From Callorhinchus milii (taxonomy: Eukaryota), in assembly GCF_018977255.1 (NCBI RefSeq), contig NW_024704742.1:55368001-55432000 (forward strand): DNA of 64,000 bases, written 5' to 3'. This document shows positions 13,398 through 25,769 of the stretch, in pieces. Numbering within the stretch: the stretch's first letter is position 1; every line of letters starts with the position of its first letter. The translations under genes and the position numbers were made by a program. Below the pieces are notes generated by a model. It did no database searches. It was given only the letters and a program-made list of their open reading frames with translations, and was not told the DNA's origin.

Positions 13398-13518
13398 TTA
13401 GAGAAAGAGTCAGTATGGTTTTGTGAAAGGTAGGTCACGCCTGACTAACCTAATAGAATTCTTCGACAAAACCACTGAGGTGATAGATAAAGGAGAATCA
13501 ATGGGTGTAATTTATATA
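13398..13518 (+). mobile_element. CR1 reverse transcriptase fragment
   Basis: Translates to SQYGFVKGRSRLTNLIEFFDKTTEVIDKGESMGVIY, matching the QxGFxxGRS..TNL RT motif. Confidence 0.85.
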
Positions 13519-13774
13519 GGGATGGAAATTGCAAGCTGTGATGTGATAATTATCATATTGATGATAAATGCAGCCCAGCCAGTCAATAACTAAAGGCAGG
13601 ACAAGGGTGTGACCTTCCCCTCCCCCCAACTCTGTCAAATAATTGGGAGATCAGTGCACTTGGGGGTTACTGGCTTAACTCGTTTTCTTTAGTGAGTTGA
13701 ATCAGTATCCCGCTGATCTACATTCCAAATCATGTTCCTCATGTGTCTACATTTTGGTAATATTTTCTTAATGG

Positions 13775-14440
13775 ATTGGTTCAGTAGTTTGTGCTCTTGC
13801 TTTTGGTTCAGAAGGTTGTTGGTTCTAAACCATATGATTGGACTTAAGGTTACAGTTTAGGTTGACACTGCAGTGAGGTACTGAGGGAGCATTGTCAGAA
13901 GTGTCATCTTTCAGATAAGACTTTTAAAATGGTATCAATTGATACCATTTGAAAAGCAGAAACTGTTTGTCCCAGTGTTCTGACTAACATTCCTGCACCT
14001 TCTGGAGTCTGTAGCTCAGTGGTTAGAGCACTTGCCTTGCAAGCGAGAGACCTTGATTCAATTCCCGGTAGGGTGAAACTTTGGGCAAGTTTCCTTACTC
14101 TACACGCCTGATAGCAATCCCTCAAGAAAAAAAACAATAATAAAATTGGTCACTTCAATCCACGACTGTTTGTGGGACACTGCTGTACACAATTGGCTGT
14201 CGTGGTTTGCCCATAAATATATAGTCAATTCACGTCACGGTATCTTCTGTGAAGCGCTTTGAGACGTTTAGAAGAGGTGAAAAACGCTATATCAAATGCA
14301 AGGATTATTATTATTATTTTGCATCTTCTTAGTTGCTACAACTGTGCACAAAACAGTAACTATATTTGACTTTAATTACTTGTGAAGCATGTTGAGATGT
14401 TTTGATGTGATGAAATGCTATGAAAATGAATGTTCTTTAC
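13775..14440 (+). mobile_element. Old Deu-domain SINE interrupted by a family A SINE
   Basis: Head (CAGAAGGTTG..TAGGTTGACACTGCAGTG..CTGAGGGAG) lies before 14004 and a degenerate tail follows 14330. Confidence 0.6.
14004..14318 (+). mobile_element. SINE family A, short form, full length with TSD
   Basis: A-box TAGCTCAGTGG; anticodon arm CTTGC-CTTGCAA-GCGAG (TGC, Ala); flanked by TGCACCTTCT (13994-14003) and TGCATCTTCT (14320-14329). Confidence 0.92.
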
Positions 14441-15184
14441 TTCAAATGATTCAGTCCTTCTCCATTTGTTCTTTAATATTCTTGATTCAAAAAAGATTTT
14501 TGCAAAGTTTGTCACAGTCGACAAGGGTTCCAAACTTATACGAAGATTTATTAGTCTTTTCAAATCAACTCTAAGTTCTGTTCAATCCTAAAATCATTTT
14601 ATCCCTTTCAGAACTATATTTTGGTTCCTAGAAGTGATAAACAGCCCAATAGGTAATTTTGTCTAAGAAAGATGCTTATTTCAATTACTTAACTTATTTT
14701 TACCAGTGAAGCAATTAAAAAGCATTCTTCAAGTGCAAATCACCTTCTGTTTCATGAAGAGCAACTCTAAATCCTGGTCTATAACTAAATTCACGTCAGG
14801 GTGAAAAAGTATTCCAAATTATTTTATGTCTTTCTTATGGGCTTCTGGAATACACATTCTTGGTAAAGAAATTGATTCTCGTGCTGGCCATGACAAGTTA
14901 TCCATTTGATAATTCCCTCAAATAGTTCAGCATTTCCAGGAGCCGCTGAGCAGACACACTAGGAACAGATAAAAAATAGAATATAATCCACGCAAAGGGA
15001 TCTTTTGAGGACCTTGGGCTTGATATTGCCCCTTTTAATTTGAGATGATTCTAAGGACACCCACCAATCATGTCTCTTTCAAGTGCCTTTCTACGATATA
15101 ACAGACTATAAGGAATAAAATCAACCATGAGCTATCCTGAAACATATTTATTGAATTTGAAAGTAAAATATAATAATTCCTGGA

Positions 15185-15560
15185 AGATAATAATAATCCT
15201 TGCATTTTGGTATAGCACCTCTCATATCTGGAGGCTTTATCAAAACACATCCCAGGATATTCCGTACAGTACTGTCACAAACAGCCATCAAATGAATGAC
15301 CAGTTTTATTTTGTGGATTGTTGGACACCGGGTGAAACTCTCTTCTCTTTTTGAAGAGAGCCATGGGATCTTTAACATACACCTGATGTGGTGGACGGGA
15401 CCTCGGTTTAATGTTTCATCCGAAGGACGACATCTCCGACATGCCCAACCCTGCAATGGAGTGTCAGCCTAGACTTTATGAGTTATAAGTCCTGATGTGA
15501 AGGTTGAACCCACAACCTTCTAACTCAGTGGTGAGAGTGCTTCGAACTGAGCCAGGCGGT
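15185..15560 (-). mobile_element. Deu-domain SINE
   Basis: GCCATGGGATCTTTAAC, CCTCGGTTTAATGTTTCATCCGAAGGACGG, GTGTCAGCCTAGA and AACTGAGCCAGGC. Confidence 0.85.
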
Positions 15561-15894
15561 CAGACAAAATGTAAGTATTATATTGGTGATAATAACATAA
15601 TCAGTTTAACTCATGTGCGCTGCAGTTTCAAAACTTCAACTTATTACTACATTAACCTGATAATTGTTAGCTAGTATCAGGAACTGATTAGTTTTGTAAG
15701 TTTTCAGCTCACAGCTTTCACAATAACATTGAAACAGCAGAAACATTACAGTTCTAATACTACATCTTGGATCAATTTTATTACTGTAATCTTAACCTTA
15801 ATTGACAACTAAAACATGAAAAATAACTTGAGTTAATTTAAATAATTTCTTCACTTGAGCCTTGTACCCTCTGTTATTTCCTTTCAAACTCACT

Positions 15895-16443
15895 GCTTGT
15901 CAGCCTCCCCAACTTCTCCCTCCACAGGCTGCAGATCATCCAGAACTCTGCAGCCTGTGTCCTCTCTCACACCAGGCTCCTCAACCCTATCACCCCTATC
16001 CTTGCCCAACTCCACTGGCTTCCCATCACACAGAGGATACAGTTCAAGATCCTGGTCCTCACCTTCAATGCCCTCCACGGTCTTGCTCCCCCTACCTCTC
16101 CGACTTTCTATCCCCTACCACCCTGTTTGCTCCCTCCGGTTAGCGGGCTCCGACTTGCTTCATGTCTCCCGCCTTGCTTGCCCCACTATTGGCAGATGGG
16201 CCTTCCGCTACTCTGCGCTCAGCATCTGGAACTCCATCCCACAGTCCCTCTGCCTTGCCCCCTCCCTCACCACCTTCCAGGCCCACCTCAAGACCCCCCT
16301 CTTCGACCGTGCTTTTGATCTCCCTGCTTCCCCCCTTCCCAGCCCCAACCCCCAGCTCGGGTCTGTAACTCTGTCTGTCCAGTGTCTTGGGACAGCTTCC
16401 TGACGTGAAAGGCGCTATACAAATGTAATTTTGTTGTTGTTGT
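15895..16443 (+). mobile_element. L2-A LINE 3' portion
   Basis: LQIIQNSA..LHWLPI..IQFKIL motifs across frameshifts; (TTG)n tail. Confidence 0.92.
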
Positions 16444-16904
16444 TTCATGAACCTGGACTCCAGATATCGCCTTTCATCAGCGGTCATTGATAATGTCACA
16501 ACACTTCACAATAAGTCCTGTGAACTGTTTTGAAACTGATGTAAAAGGAACAAAATCAAATGTATAGATTATTGTTATTGTTATTATCATCCACCTTCCA
16601 TTAGTGAGGGCTCAAATATACTCTTGTCAGATGTTAAATGACCTACTAATGACTATCCTCCTTGGAGGTGGTAAGCTTGGAGTTGAACTGGCTCAAGCTG
16701 ATGTGCAGCAGAATGTTGAAATCGAGTCTCCCTCTTTGCAGTCTTAGTAGTTTGTTTTCTGAGCCAGTTGGTTCCGCAGTAGTCCAAGAACCTCTGATGA
16801 CAGACCAGCCAGCCTGGCTCAGCAGCAGGAATTGGAGGGGATAAAACAGTCACTGGGAGCAGTGCTGTTCAACTCATGCTAACCCTGCAGGCCAAAACGT
16901 TAAT

Positions 16905-17083
16905 TGGTAGGGTGGTCCTAGCTGAAAAAGCAGCAGGAAGCTTGCCAGACAGTGGTCTCAATGGTATGCTATGCAGTTTTAGTGGATTCAAACCCAGTAG
17001 CATCACAAGTCTTCAAACCTTGGTTCTTGCCAACCTGCACTGAATACTCTCCAGAATTACGTAAGCAGGATGTGTCCCTCTAG
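16905..17083 (+). repeat. Unclassified ancient interspersed repeat, copy 1
   Basis: Aligns to 36435-36618, including the identical 22-mer GCAGGAAGCTTGCCAGACAGTG. Confidence 0.75.
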
Positions 17084-18639
17084 GTGCAAACTCTTCACTA
17101 TCCATCGCCTTGGGACATCCCCCACAATGTGAAAGGTGCTATATAAATGCAACTTCTCGTCGTTGTTCAAAGTGTGCATTCCACTTAAGACACAGGGAAA
17201 TTTCTATGTCTAGGTGAGGAAATCTCAGTTTGTTTTAGATACTCAAGCGTAGTAATGGGTTTCCGCATGTATCAGACATCCAGCTGATCAAAATAAAATC
17301 TTGTCTGTCTCCCATTCTATCCCTGTCCTATTTTGTTTCATTTTATTGTTTCCTTTGCCCCTGCCCCCATCTAATCTTCTATAATTTCTCTTTACTAAAT
17401 TTAATTTATTTCAAAACCTAACCGTGAATTCTATTCAGTTACCTTTCCCTTTTGCTATTCTAGCAGCCACTGTCCATTCATAATCCTAACTTCATATACG
17501 GAGGTTCTGCTCCTGAAATGTCTCAAGAGAAGCTGTTTCTGTTTGGGATCAGCTGTCTGGGTGTACAGAATCTTTAAGCAGTAGTTCACCTCCCTTGGGA
17601 CTGCTAAAGCTGTGGGAGTGTTTCCCATCAAAAGCTTAAACTTTGCTGACTACAGTGAAGAGCACTTCAATTTTCTTTCCATAGTTTGAGATTTATTTAA
17701 AATTTTTGATCCTATTTTGTGACAACTGCACAGAATAACCAGCTGGGGTGGGGGTGAGGAGGGGAGAGAAAATCATGACCTTGCTCCCTCATGTCAAATT
17801 TCTCTCTTTTTCCTACACTGCATCAAAATAGAGCATATCCGAATTACAGCGTCTTGACAATGATTGCTGCACAAAGTCATTGGAGCCTAATTCCTTTTGT
17901 GAGAGCACATGTACCCTTTCAAGCTCCATGTCTTCATGAGGATCAAAAAGCTTGTGTGAAAGCTTTTTTTAAAATTAATTTCTGAGACCAATTCCCTCCA
18001 GTCCCTCTGGTAAGCCAATTAATCTTACATTATTACTCCTACTTTTGTTCTCCTGATCATTAATTTTGCTGCAGTGTTTTTGCCTGTTCCCTTGAGGTCC
18101 CACAGCTACTGATTCATCACCAATGTTAGCCCCTCAGATTGCAACTGACTGCACAGAGTACCTGGTCCTGGAGAAAGTTAAATCTGTGTTTCATCGAACC
18201 CATCAATCTTTGTGCAGAAAGTACTCAGCTTGTCATGAATTCTTTCCAATATTTCTGCTCTTTCGACAATATCTCTTGATCACTACGTCCTCATTCTTCT
18301 CTCAATTCACTGCTGTAGCCTTGTCTGCCTACCTCTCCCCTTTTTCTATCCATTTTACTTTCTCTGTTCTGGAAAGTATTTCACTTGTTCTCTGACACCA
18401 AGGGCTGAACATTTCTTATGGTCTTTGACTTTAAATTTGAGATTGTGCTGAATTCAGGAAAATGGTCCTAAATTTCAAATTCCTTTGCATGTTACTTTCT
18501 GGAGATTCAAATTACATTCTGCATAAAGAAAATCTGATTAACGTATGTCTAAACTATTTTTGTGTAAAACAAAAGCATAGAATACAAAGTAACATGACAG
18601 AAAGTGAAATACATCAGAATGCTTTTGCTAAAGAATTTA

Positions 18640-18840
18640 ACCCAGGACAAAAGAGAATTTTATTTGGGAGAATGTTGACAGGGCACTGGGAGAAACTCCT
18701 TTCTTTTTTCGAATAGTGCAATGGGATCTTTAATGTCCACCCGAACAGGCAGATGGGGACAAGGTTTAATGTCTGATTTGAAAGACGGTACCTCCGACAA
18801 TGCAATGCAGCCCAGGCACTGAACTGAAGTATCATCCTAG
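18640..18840 (-). mobile_element. Deu-domain SINE, internal fragment
   Basis: GAATAGTGCAATGGGATCTTTAATGTCCACCCGAACAGGCAG. Confidence 0.8.
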
Positions 18841-19525
18841 TCCGTCTGTAAACCCAATGTTCAAAATAGAGGATTGAAAAAATCTATTTAATCCGAGAAT
18901 AAATTTGGGACTTTTTATTCTCTCCCTTGGCCTTTATTAACTCACACTATTTACCATAGAATATCAATCATGCATATTACTCCCAGACCTCTGTTGGTGC
19001 GAGCTTAACTCCCCGCCACCAGTAACTTTCTCTCTGATTTGCCTACTTTCCACCTGACAGATTGAACCCACATCTCACTATTCTTTATGACAGAGTCTTT
19101 GTGTCTTTGTGTCATTAATACAATAGAGTAGCTGCCTGTGACAACCATAGAAAAGCATCACCTCTACAATCATATGATGGTGTAACAGCAATTTATATAA
19201 CTACCAAGACTTTCATCACTTGTCCAACTCGTTTGGTGACAGAGGTGTCATGTTATTTTATCTCCTTTTTGACAAGACAACTTCCAATTAAATCTTGTGT
19301 TATTTTAATGATATTTTAAAAGCAATCCATGTTTGTTGAATAACCAGTTGTGAGTGGGGTTTCAGCAGTGATCCAAATGGGGTTAGTGAACAGGTTGGAT
19401 CTTTATTAGGCTAATCCCTTTATGTTGTCTCTTTAATTGTTTCTTTTTTTTATTATGACCATCATGTTAACAGTTTAACTTCAGTTTTTTGGTCCATTCT
19501 TTTTTTTTCCTATCCATTTATTCAA

Positions 19526-19850
19526 CCCTTCCGTTCTGGAGGCATTTGATTCTTTTTATACTGCAACCAGGAGTCAGAGGGCTTTCAATATTTTGCCCAA
19601 GATGCCATTCTTCATGTTTAATCTGTGACCTCTGGCAGGCTATTCAACTGCTGGATGCAACAAAGCCCACTTCAATCCTGCAATAATAAATCATTTATCC
19701 AGGTACGCTGATGCCAATTGTAGTGCCCCACTTGTTGCACCCACTGAGATCAGCTCATTCTTGCACAGCCCATGAATTAAATGTGCAACCTTGTGGTCTT
19801 AATGGCTTAGTGCTACACTGGATGGAGGCTTTACTCGCTGAGACATAAGA
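19526..19850 (-). mobile_element. AmnSINE2-like ancient SINE
   Basis: Reverse complement has AGCTGATCTCAG, GGGGCACTACAATTGGCATCAGC, GAATAGCCTGCC and ACATGAAGAATGGC..CTTGGGC in the order recalled for AmnSINE2. Confidence 0.65.
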
Positions 19851-20916
19851 TTTTTTTCCTTCACTCTGCCAATTAGATAAAATGTTTCATGGTGCGCATG
19901 TCAATTTGCCAAAGCTCGTCATATGAGGACCTGGATTAAGCAGTTGATATTGCATAGATGTGATACGCAGCATTGGACTTGTTCCTCCTGAAAATCAAGG
20001 TTGTTGGCATGTCACAATCTGTCTTGTATAGCTGTCCTTCACAATGCTGAACAAAAAAACAAACAAAATTACATTTGTATTACGCCTTTCAAGTCGGGAG
20101 GACGTCCCAAGCCCCAATGTCTGTTGAACAGCAGAGGAAAGAACACTATGGGGTTGACAGCTTCTAGAAGGCATTGCCTGGATGAGGAGTGGGAGGCTGG
20201 GTTCATGATCATATACTCCTATGTCCATGGCTTGGTACCCACCTTGAGTGGTATGCAGAGAGGGAAACAGTTGCTGCTCAAGCTCGCTGCCTCCAACTAT
20301 AGTGGCTATGTGCGTTGCTCACCAGAAAGCTCACATGGGTACGTCAAATGATGAATTGGTGACTGTCCTTCTTGTGGATGAGGTAAGTGGGCTTTCATTC
20401 CAGCTGAGCTCCAGATAGAGCCCACACAACATCTCAGACCGGAAAAAATTTGCATGCATGCTTGGAACTCTCAGTCTTGTATTGATACTCTTAAAAGCAA
20501 TATGATGGATTTCTGCTTGTGTCAGACACTTGGCTGACTCAAACAAGAAAAGAGTAAAACAATCATCTAATGACAACATCAAAAGCTATTCCTTTGAGAT
20601 CAACTCAAATCAATATGACCATCCTATCCCGAGGCGATGCTACTTTCCAGGATTTATTCAATCTTCCCATTTTCCACAAGATGAAAATGATGCAAACATA
20701 GAGATGAAGAAAGAAAACTACAATACTAAACTGCTGAAAGAACGTTACAGTGGAGATTATGTAAAATGAACTCAGATAAGTTTAAATCCTCTTGGATTCA
20801 TAATAACCTAACCATTATTTTCCCAGAGTAAAGACTTATAATGGGAAAAACTATACCAGCCTGAATATTGGATTTCAAGTGTGGGTAATTTCAAGTCTGT
20901 TTTTATTTATTTATTT

Positions 20917-21195
20917 AATAATAATAATAATCCTTGCATTTGATATAGTGCTTTTTTACGTTTTCTCAATGTCTCAAAGCGCTTCTCAGAATAGACTGTA
21001 AAGTGAATTGACTGCATATTTGTGGGCGAAACGTGGCACAGCAGTGTCCCACAAACAGTCGTGGATTGAAAATGACCAATTTATTATTGTTTTGTTTTGG
21101 AGGGATTATTATAAGGTGTGTGGAGTAAGGAAACTTGCCCAAGGTTTCACCCTAGGAATTGAACCCAGGTGTCTTATTTGCAAGGCGAGTGCTCT
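20917..21195 (-). mobile_element. SINE family A, short form
   Basis: Similar to 35138-35463. Confidence 0.88.
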
Positions 21196-21894
21196 TATTT
21201 GTTTGGGTTCCAAACAGGAAGCATGCTTTGTGTACCTTTCAATTCTGCTTTTCATTCCCAGTTTCAACCAGTTTCTGCCAATTTAAAGAACAACTTCTTT
21301 TTCTAGCTTAGTGGCTTTGCAGTTGTGAATCATAAGAAATTCTAAAACGTGTGCCTGACTGTTCAAAATATCGAGTAACGATTTGAATGACACAAAGAAT
21401 CAGGCAATCGTTGCTATTATTTCAGTTATAATCCTGATAATAATAGTCCTTACACATAACAAAGCACTGTATCATGTTATTGAAATGTCTCAAAGAACTT
21501 CAAGGTTTTTTTTTAGTACAAAGTGTGGTGACAGAGTATTTGTAGGTGAATGTTGCAGCCACTTTGCGCACAGCAATGTCTTACTAAAAGCGATGAAATG
21601 AATGATCAATTTTATCTGAACAATTGTTAGCTAGGACACCAGGAGGTACTTGCTTCTATTATAATGGTTGGGCTTGAGGCCCGTCACTGAACGTGCAATA
21701 TCAATATTGAAATTATTGTAAAACTTTGTCCTTAAGGAGCATAAATGTGCTATGGGTTGCAGCAGATACCATAATAGTGGCAGATATCCTTTAATAGATC
21801 GTGATACCTTATTGCATCTCAACTTAAAGTTCATGCTGTGAATTATTATGGTTGGTAAATTGATTGGATTAGGTTTGTATCCTCCAACTCCTCT

Positions 21895-22015
21895 AACAAC
21901 AACAACTTGCATTTATATAAGCCTCTCACGCAGCGTACCGGAGAGCCTAACAGTGTGGAGCATGACACTGAGCCAGAAGTAGGGGGAAGGTGACCATAGG
22001 CAACGGTCGAAGAGT
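21895..22015 (-). mobile_element. L2 3' end with (GTT)n tail, L2-B-like
   Basis: Reverse complement CTCTTCGACC...TATATAAATGCAAGTTGTTGTTG. Confidence 0.7.
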
Positions 22016-22204
22016 AATTATATCTAATAATAATATATCATCCTCTTCATGTGCTAAGTTTATAACACATATTGAGTAAGTAGTTGAAACAACAGTAATT
22101 AAAGTTTTAGAACAATGAGACATTGGTACCTTGGCTCTGGGGATTTGTTAAAGTCCTTTTCATACTATCCATCCTGAACATCCATCACAATGAAGAGATA
22201 AACT

Positions 22205-22435
22205 TGGTTCTGTTGGTAGCATTCTCAGAGAAATTATCCTTCAGATGAGACATTAAACCAAGATCTGTTCAGGTGGATGTTAAAAATCCCATGACAGTAT
22301 TCAAAAAGATGTTCCTGGTGCAGATTAGCTGCTGTGTTTGCATACCTAGCTACAGTCCTTACCTGCACTTTGAGACGTCTAGAGAACGTGAAAAGCGCTA
22401 TATCAAATGCAAGGATTATTATTAGTAGTAGTATT
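22205..22435 (+). mobile_element. Deleted Deu-SINE plus family A tail
   Basis: TTCAGATGAGACATTAAACC..GTTCAGGTGGATGTTAAAAATCCCATG; tail GACGTCTAGAGAACGTGAAAAGCGCT. Confidence 0.7.
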
Positions 22436-22779
22436 CAGAATAACCCATTGCACTTTGAGATGTTTCAATGTGATTAGGTGCTTTATCAAACACAATTATT
22501 AATATCTAACTTTGTATTTTTAGTTTGCGAATCACTTATAATTTTATAATTAATAATTATAATAAGAACTACAAGAAAAATGGTCTTAAAAAAAACACTG
22601 AAGTGGTCAACGATCATTTTTGGATGGCTACAATTCTGAAGCCTAAAGTGGGAGGTAGCATTTGTTGAAAGAGAACCCAGGCATCAAAGACATGTAACTG
22701 AGTCCCTACTGTGCAAAGTGATTAATGAAAGGAGATCAAAGTTACTTCACCTTTATATCCTCAAATCCCATCATCGCAG

Positions 22780-23481
22780 CCTGCTTTTCTGACTGGAGGG
22801 AAGTGTACAATGCCATCCCCCCAGGGATCGGTATTAGGACCACTGCTCTTCTTAATATATATAAATGATCTGGACTTGGGTATAGCAAGTACCATTTCCA
22901 AGTTTGCGGATGACACAAAGTTAGGTAGGGTAGTAAACAGTGAGAAGGATAGTAGCCAACTGCAGGAAGACATAGACAGAATGGTAAAATGGGCAGACAC
23001 ATGGCAGATGAATTTCAATGTGGAGAAATGTGAGGTAATGATTTTGGAAGAAAGAATGAGGGGAGGCAATATAGGCTGGTAATACAATCTTAAGGGGGGT
23101 GAAGGAACAGAGAGACCTGGGGGTGCAGGTAAATGAATCCTTAAAGGTTGCAGGACAGGTAGATAAAGCTGTATTATTATTATTATTAATATTATTATTA
23201 TAATAAGCGCATATGGGATACTAGGCTTTATAAATAGGGGCATAGAGTACAAGAGTCAGGAGGTTATGATTAACCTATATAAAACACTGGTTAGGCCTCA
23301 GTTAGAATATTGCACCCAATTCTGGGCACCACACTATAGGAAGGATGTTAAAGCATTGGAAAGGGTGCAGAGGAGATTTACAAGGATGGTACCAGGAATG
23401 AGTGACCTTGATTATGAGGAAAGGATAAAGAGGCTGGGATTATTCTCATTGGAGCAGGGAAGGTTACGAGGAGACCTATTA
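22780..23481 (+). mobile_element. CR1 LINE (host), RT C-terminal part, 5' piece
   Basis: PQGSVLGPLLFLIYINDL, FADD catalytic motif, LVRPQLEYC, VQRRFTRM; frameshifted. Confidence 0.95.
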
Positions 23482-25148
23482 AGAACATAACATAAGAACA
23501 TAAAAATTAGGAGGAGTAGACCATTCGGCCCCTCTAGCCTGCCCCGCCATTCAATAAGATCGTGGCTGATCTATTCTACCTCCACCTACCCGCCTTATCC
23601 CCATATCCCTTAATCCCTTTATCCACAAGAAATCTATCAATCTCCATCTTGAATATGTTCAAGGACTGAGCATCTTCAACCTTTTGGGGTAGAGAATTCC
23701 ATAAATTCACTACCTTCTGAGTGAAGAAGTTTTTCCTCAACTCAGTGCGAAAAGGTTTATCCCTAATTTTAAGACTCTGACCCCTGGTTATAGTTTCTCC
23801 AACCAGGGGAAAAAGTCTCCCACTATCTATTCTGCTGTGCCCCTTAATAATCTTATAGGTTTCCATAAGATCACCTCTCATTCTTCTATATTCTAAAGAA
23901 TATAGGCTTAAATTGCTCAACCTCTCCTCATAACTCATCCCCCTCATCTCTGGTACCAACCTATTGAATCTACGTTGTACCCCTTCCTAGACGAGTACAT
24001 CCTTTCTTAAATAAGGAGACCAAAACTGCACACAATACTCTAGGTGATGTCTCACAAGGGCCCTATACAGTTGCAACAAGACTTCCCTACTCTTATATTC
24101 TAACCCTTTTGTAACAAATGCCAACATACCGTTAGCCTTCCTAATTGCTTGCTGTACCTGCAAACTAACTTCTTGTGACTGGTGTACAAGGACACCCAAG
24201 TCCCTCTGAACTCTAACACTATCTAGTCTCTCTCCTTCTAAAAAATAATCTGCTCTACTGTTCTTGCCACCTAAGTGGATGACCTCACATCCCACGCTAG
24301 GATGCAAACCATCAGGTCCAGGGGACTTGTCACTTTTTAATGCCAACAATTTGCCTAGAACCAATTCTTTGCTAATGTAAATTTCCCTAAGTTGCTCCCT
24401 ATCATTAACCCCTTGGTTCATCTCTATTTCTGGTAAACTTCTTGTGTCTTCTAACGTGAAGACAGAAGCAAAGTATTTATTTAGGGATTCTGCCATATCC
24501 TTATCCCCCATTCTAATTCCTCCTGCCTCTGCCTGTAATGGACCCACATTTACTTTTGCTAGCCTATTCCTCTTAATGTATTTATGAAAACTCCTACAAT
24601 CTGTCTTAATGTTCCTAGCTAACTTGCCCTCATAATCCATTTTCTCACTCTTAATGAGCTTTTTGGTTTTCCTTTGTTGATCCCTAAAACACTCCCAGTC
24701 CTCAGGTTTGCTATTCTTTTTGGCAGTTTTATAGGACTTTTCTTTTAGTTTTATACTTTCTCTAACTGCTCTAGTTAGCCACGGATGAACTGCTTTCCCT
24801 GTGGTATTCTTATTCCTCAAGGGAATATGTGACCACTGAGAATTTTGCACTACATCTTTAAATGTTTGCCATTGTTGGTCTATTGTCATATCCATTAATC
24901 TAATTCCCCAGTCTATTTTAACTAATTCTTCCCTCATACTTGCAAAATTAGCTTTATTTAAATTTAAGACCCTTACTTCAGATTTGACTACATCGCTCTC
25001 TAACTTAATACTAAATTCTATCATGTTATGATCACTCTGCCCCAGAGGAGCCTCAATAGCTATATTATTGACTAGTCCTGTTTCATTACACAAAACAAGG
25101 TCTAGGATGGCCTGTCCCCTAGTTGGTTTCTCAACATACTGCTCCAGA
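23482..25148 (-). mobile_element. CR1 LINE (guest), young, RT domain deleted in frame
   Basis: ORFs 23987-25093 and 23576-23959 share a frame and are separated by one TAG; SDHN (EN end) and SPGPDGLHP join directly to CEVIHLG; (TTATGTTC)n tail. Confidence 0.95.
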
Positions 25149-25537
25149 AGAGGTTTTCAAAATCATGAGGGGATTTGATAGGTTAGAAAGAGAAAAAATG
25201 GTTCCACTGGTGGGTGTGTCGGTGACTCGAGGTCACAGATTTAAAATAGTCTCTAAAAGAGGCAGGTGGGAGGTGAGAAGAATTTTTTTCCCACAGCGAA
25301 TTGTTCGAATCTGGAACGCACTGCCTGAAAGGGTGGTGGAGGCCGATTTGATAACAACTTTTAAAAATGCAATGGATGGGTATTTGAGGAGGACGGGTTT
25401 GCAGGGTTATGGGGAAATGGCTGGGGAGTGGGATTGACATTACATTGCTCTTTTCAAAGAGCCGACACAGACTCGATGGGCCGAATGGCCTCTTTTTGTG
25501 CTGTACGATTCTATGATTCTATGATCTATGATTCTAT
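25149..25537 (+). mobile_element. CR1 LINE (host), 3' piece
   Basis: EVFKIMRGFD..RIWNALP continues the 22780-23481 frame; tail (ATTCTATG)n. Confidence 0.95.
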
Positions 25538-25769
25538 CAATACATCTACAAAGCATATGTCTTGGGAAGCAAGATTTCTTCAAAGAAAAGAAGCCATACA
25601 AGACAAGCTGAATCACAATACATTGAGTTCCAGGATTGTTAATTACGTCTTAATTGCAAATTGTTGTTGCAAATAAACAAAAGCTGGCACTAAATTTACT
25701 AATGTTTCAAAAGCTGCCATTGTCTTGTGTGCAAGGGTATAGCACCCAACAAGACAATGGCAGCTCTTC

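Noticed and set aside
14004..14076. tRNA-Ala(TGC) gene
   Set aside because: The acceptor stem does not close and the sequence runs on into a SINE body; all tRNA-like heads here are SINEs.
20348..20407. C/D box snoRNA (ATGATGA...CTGA)
   Set aside because: Short, no terminal stem and no recognisable rRNA or snRNA guide.
20530..20769. 79-aa hydrophilic ORF
   Set aside because: Non-ATG start and no recognisable homology.
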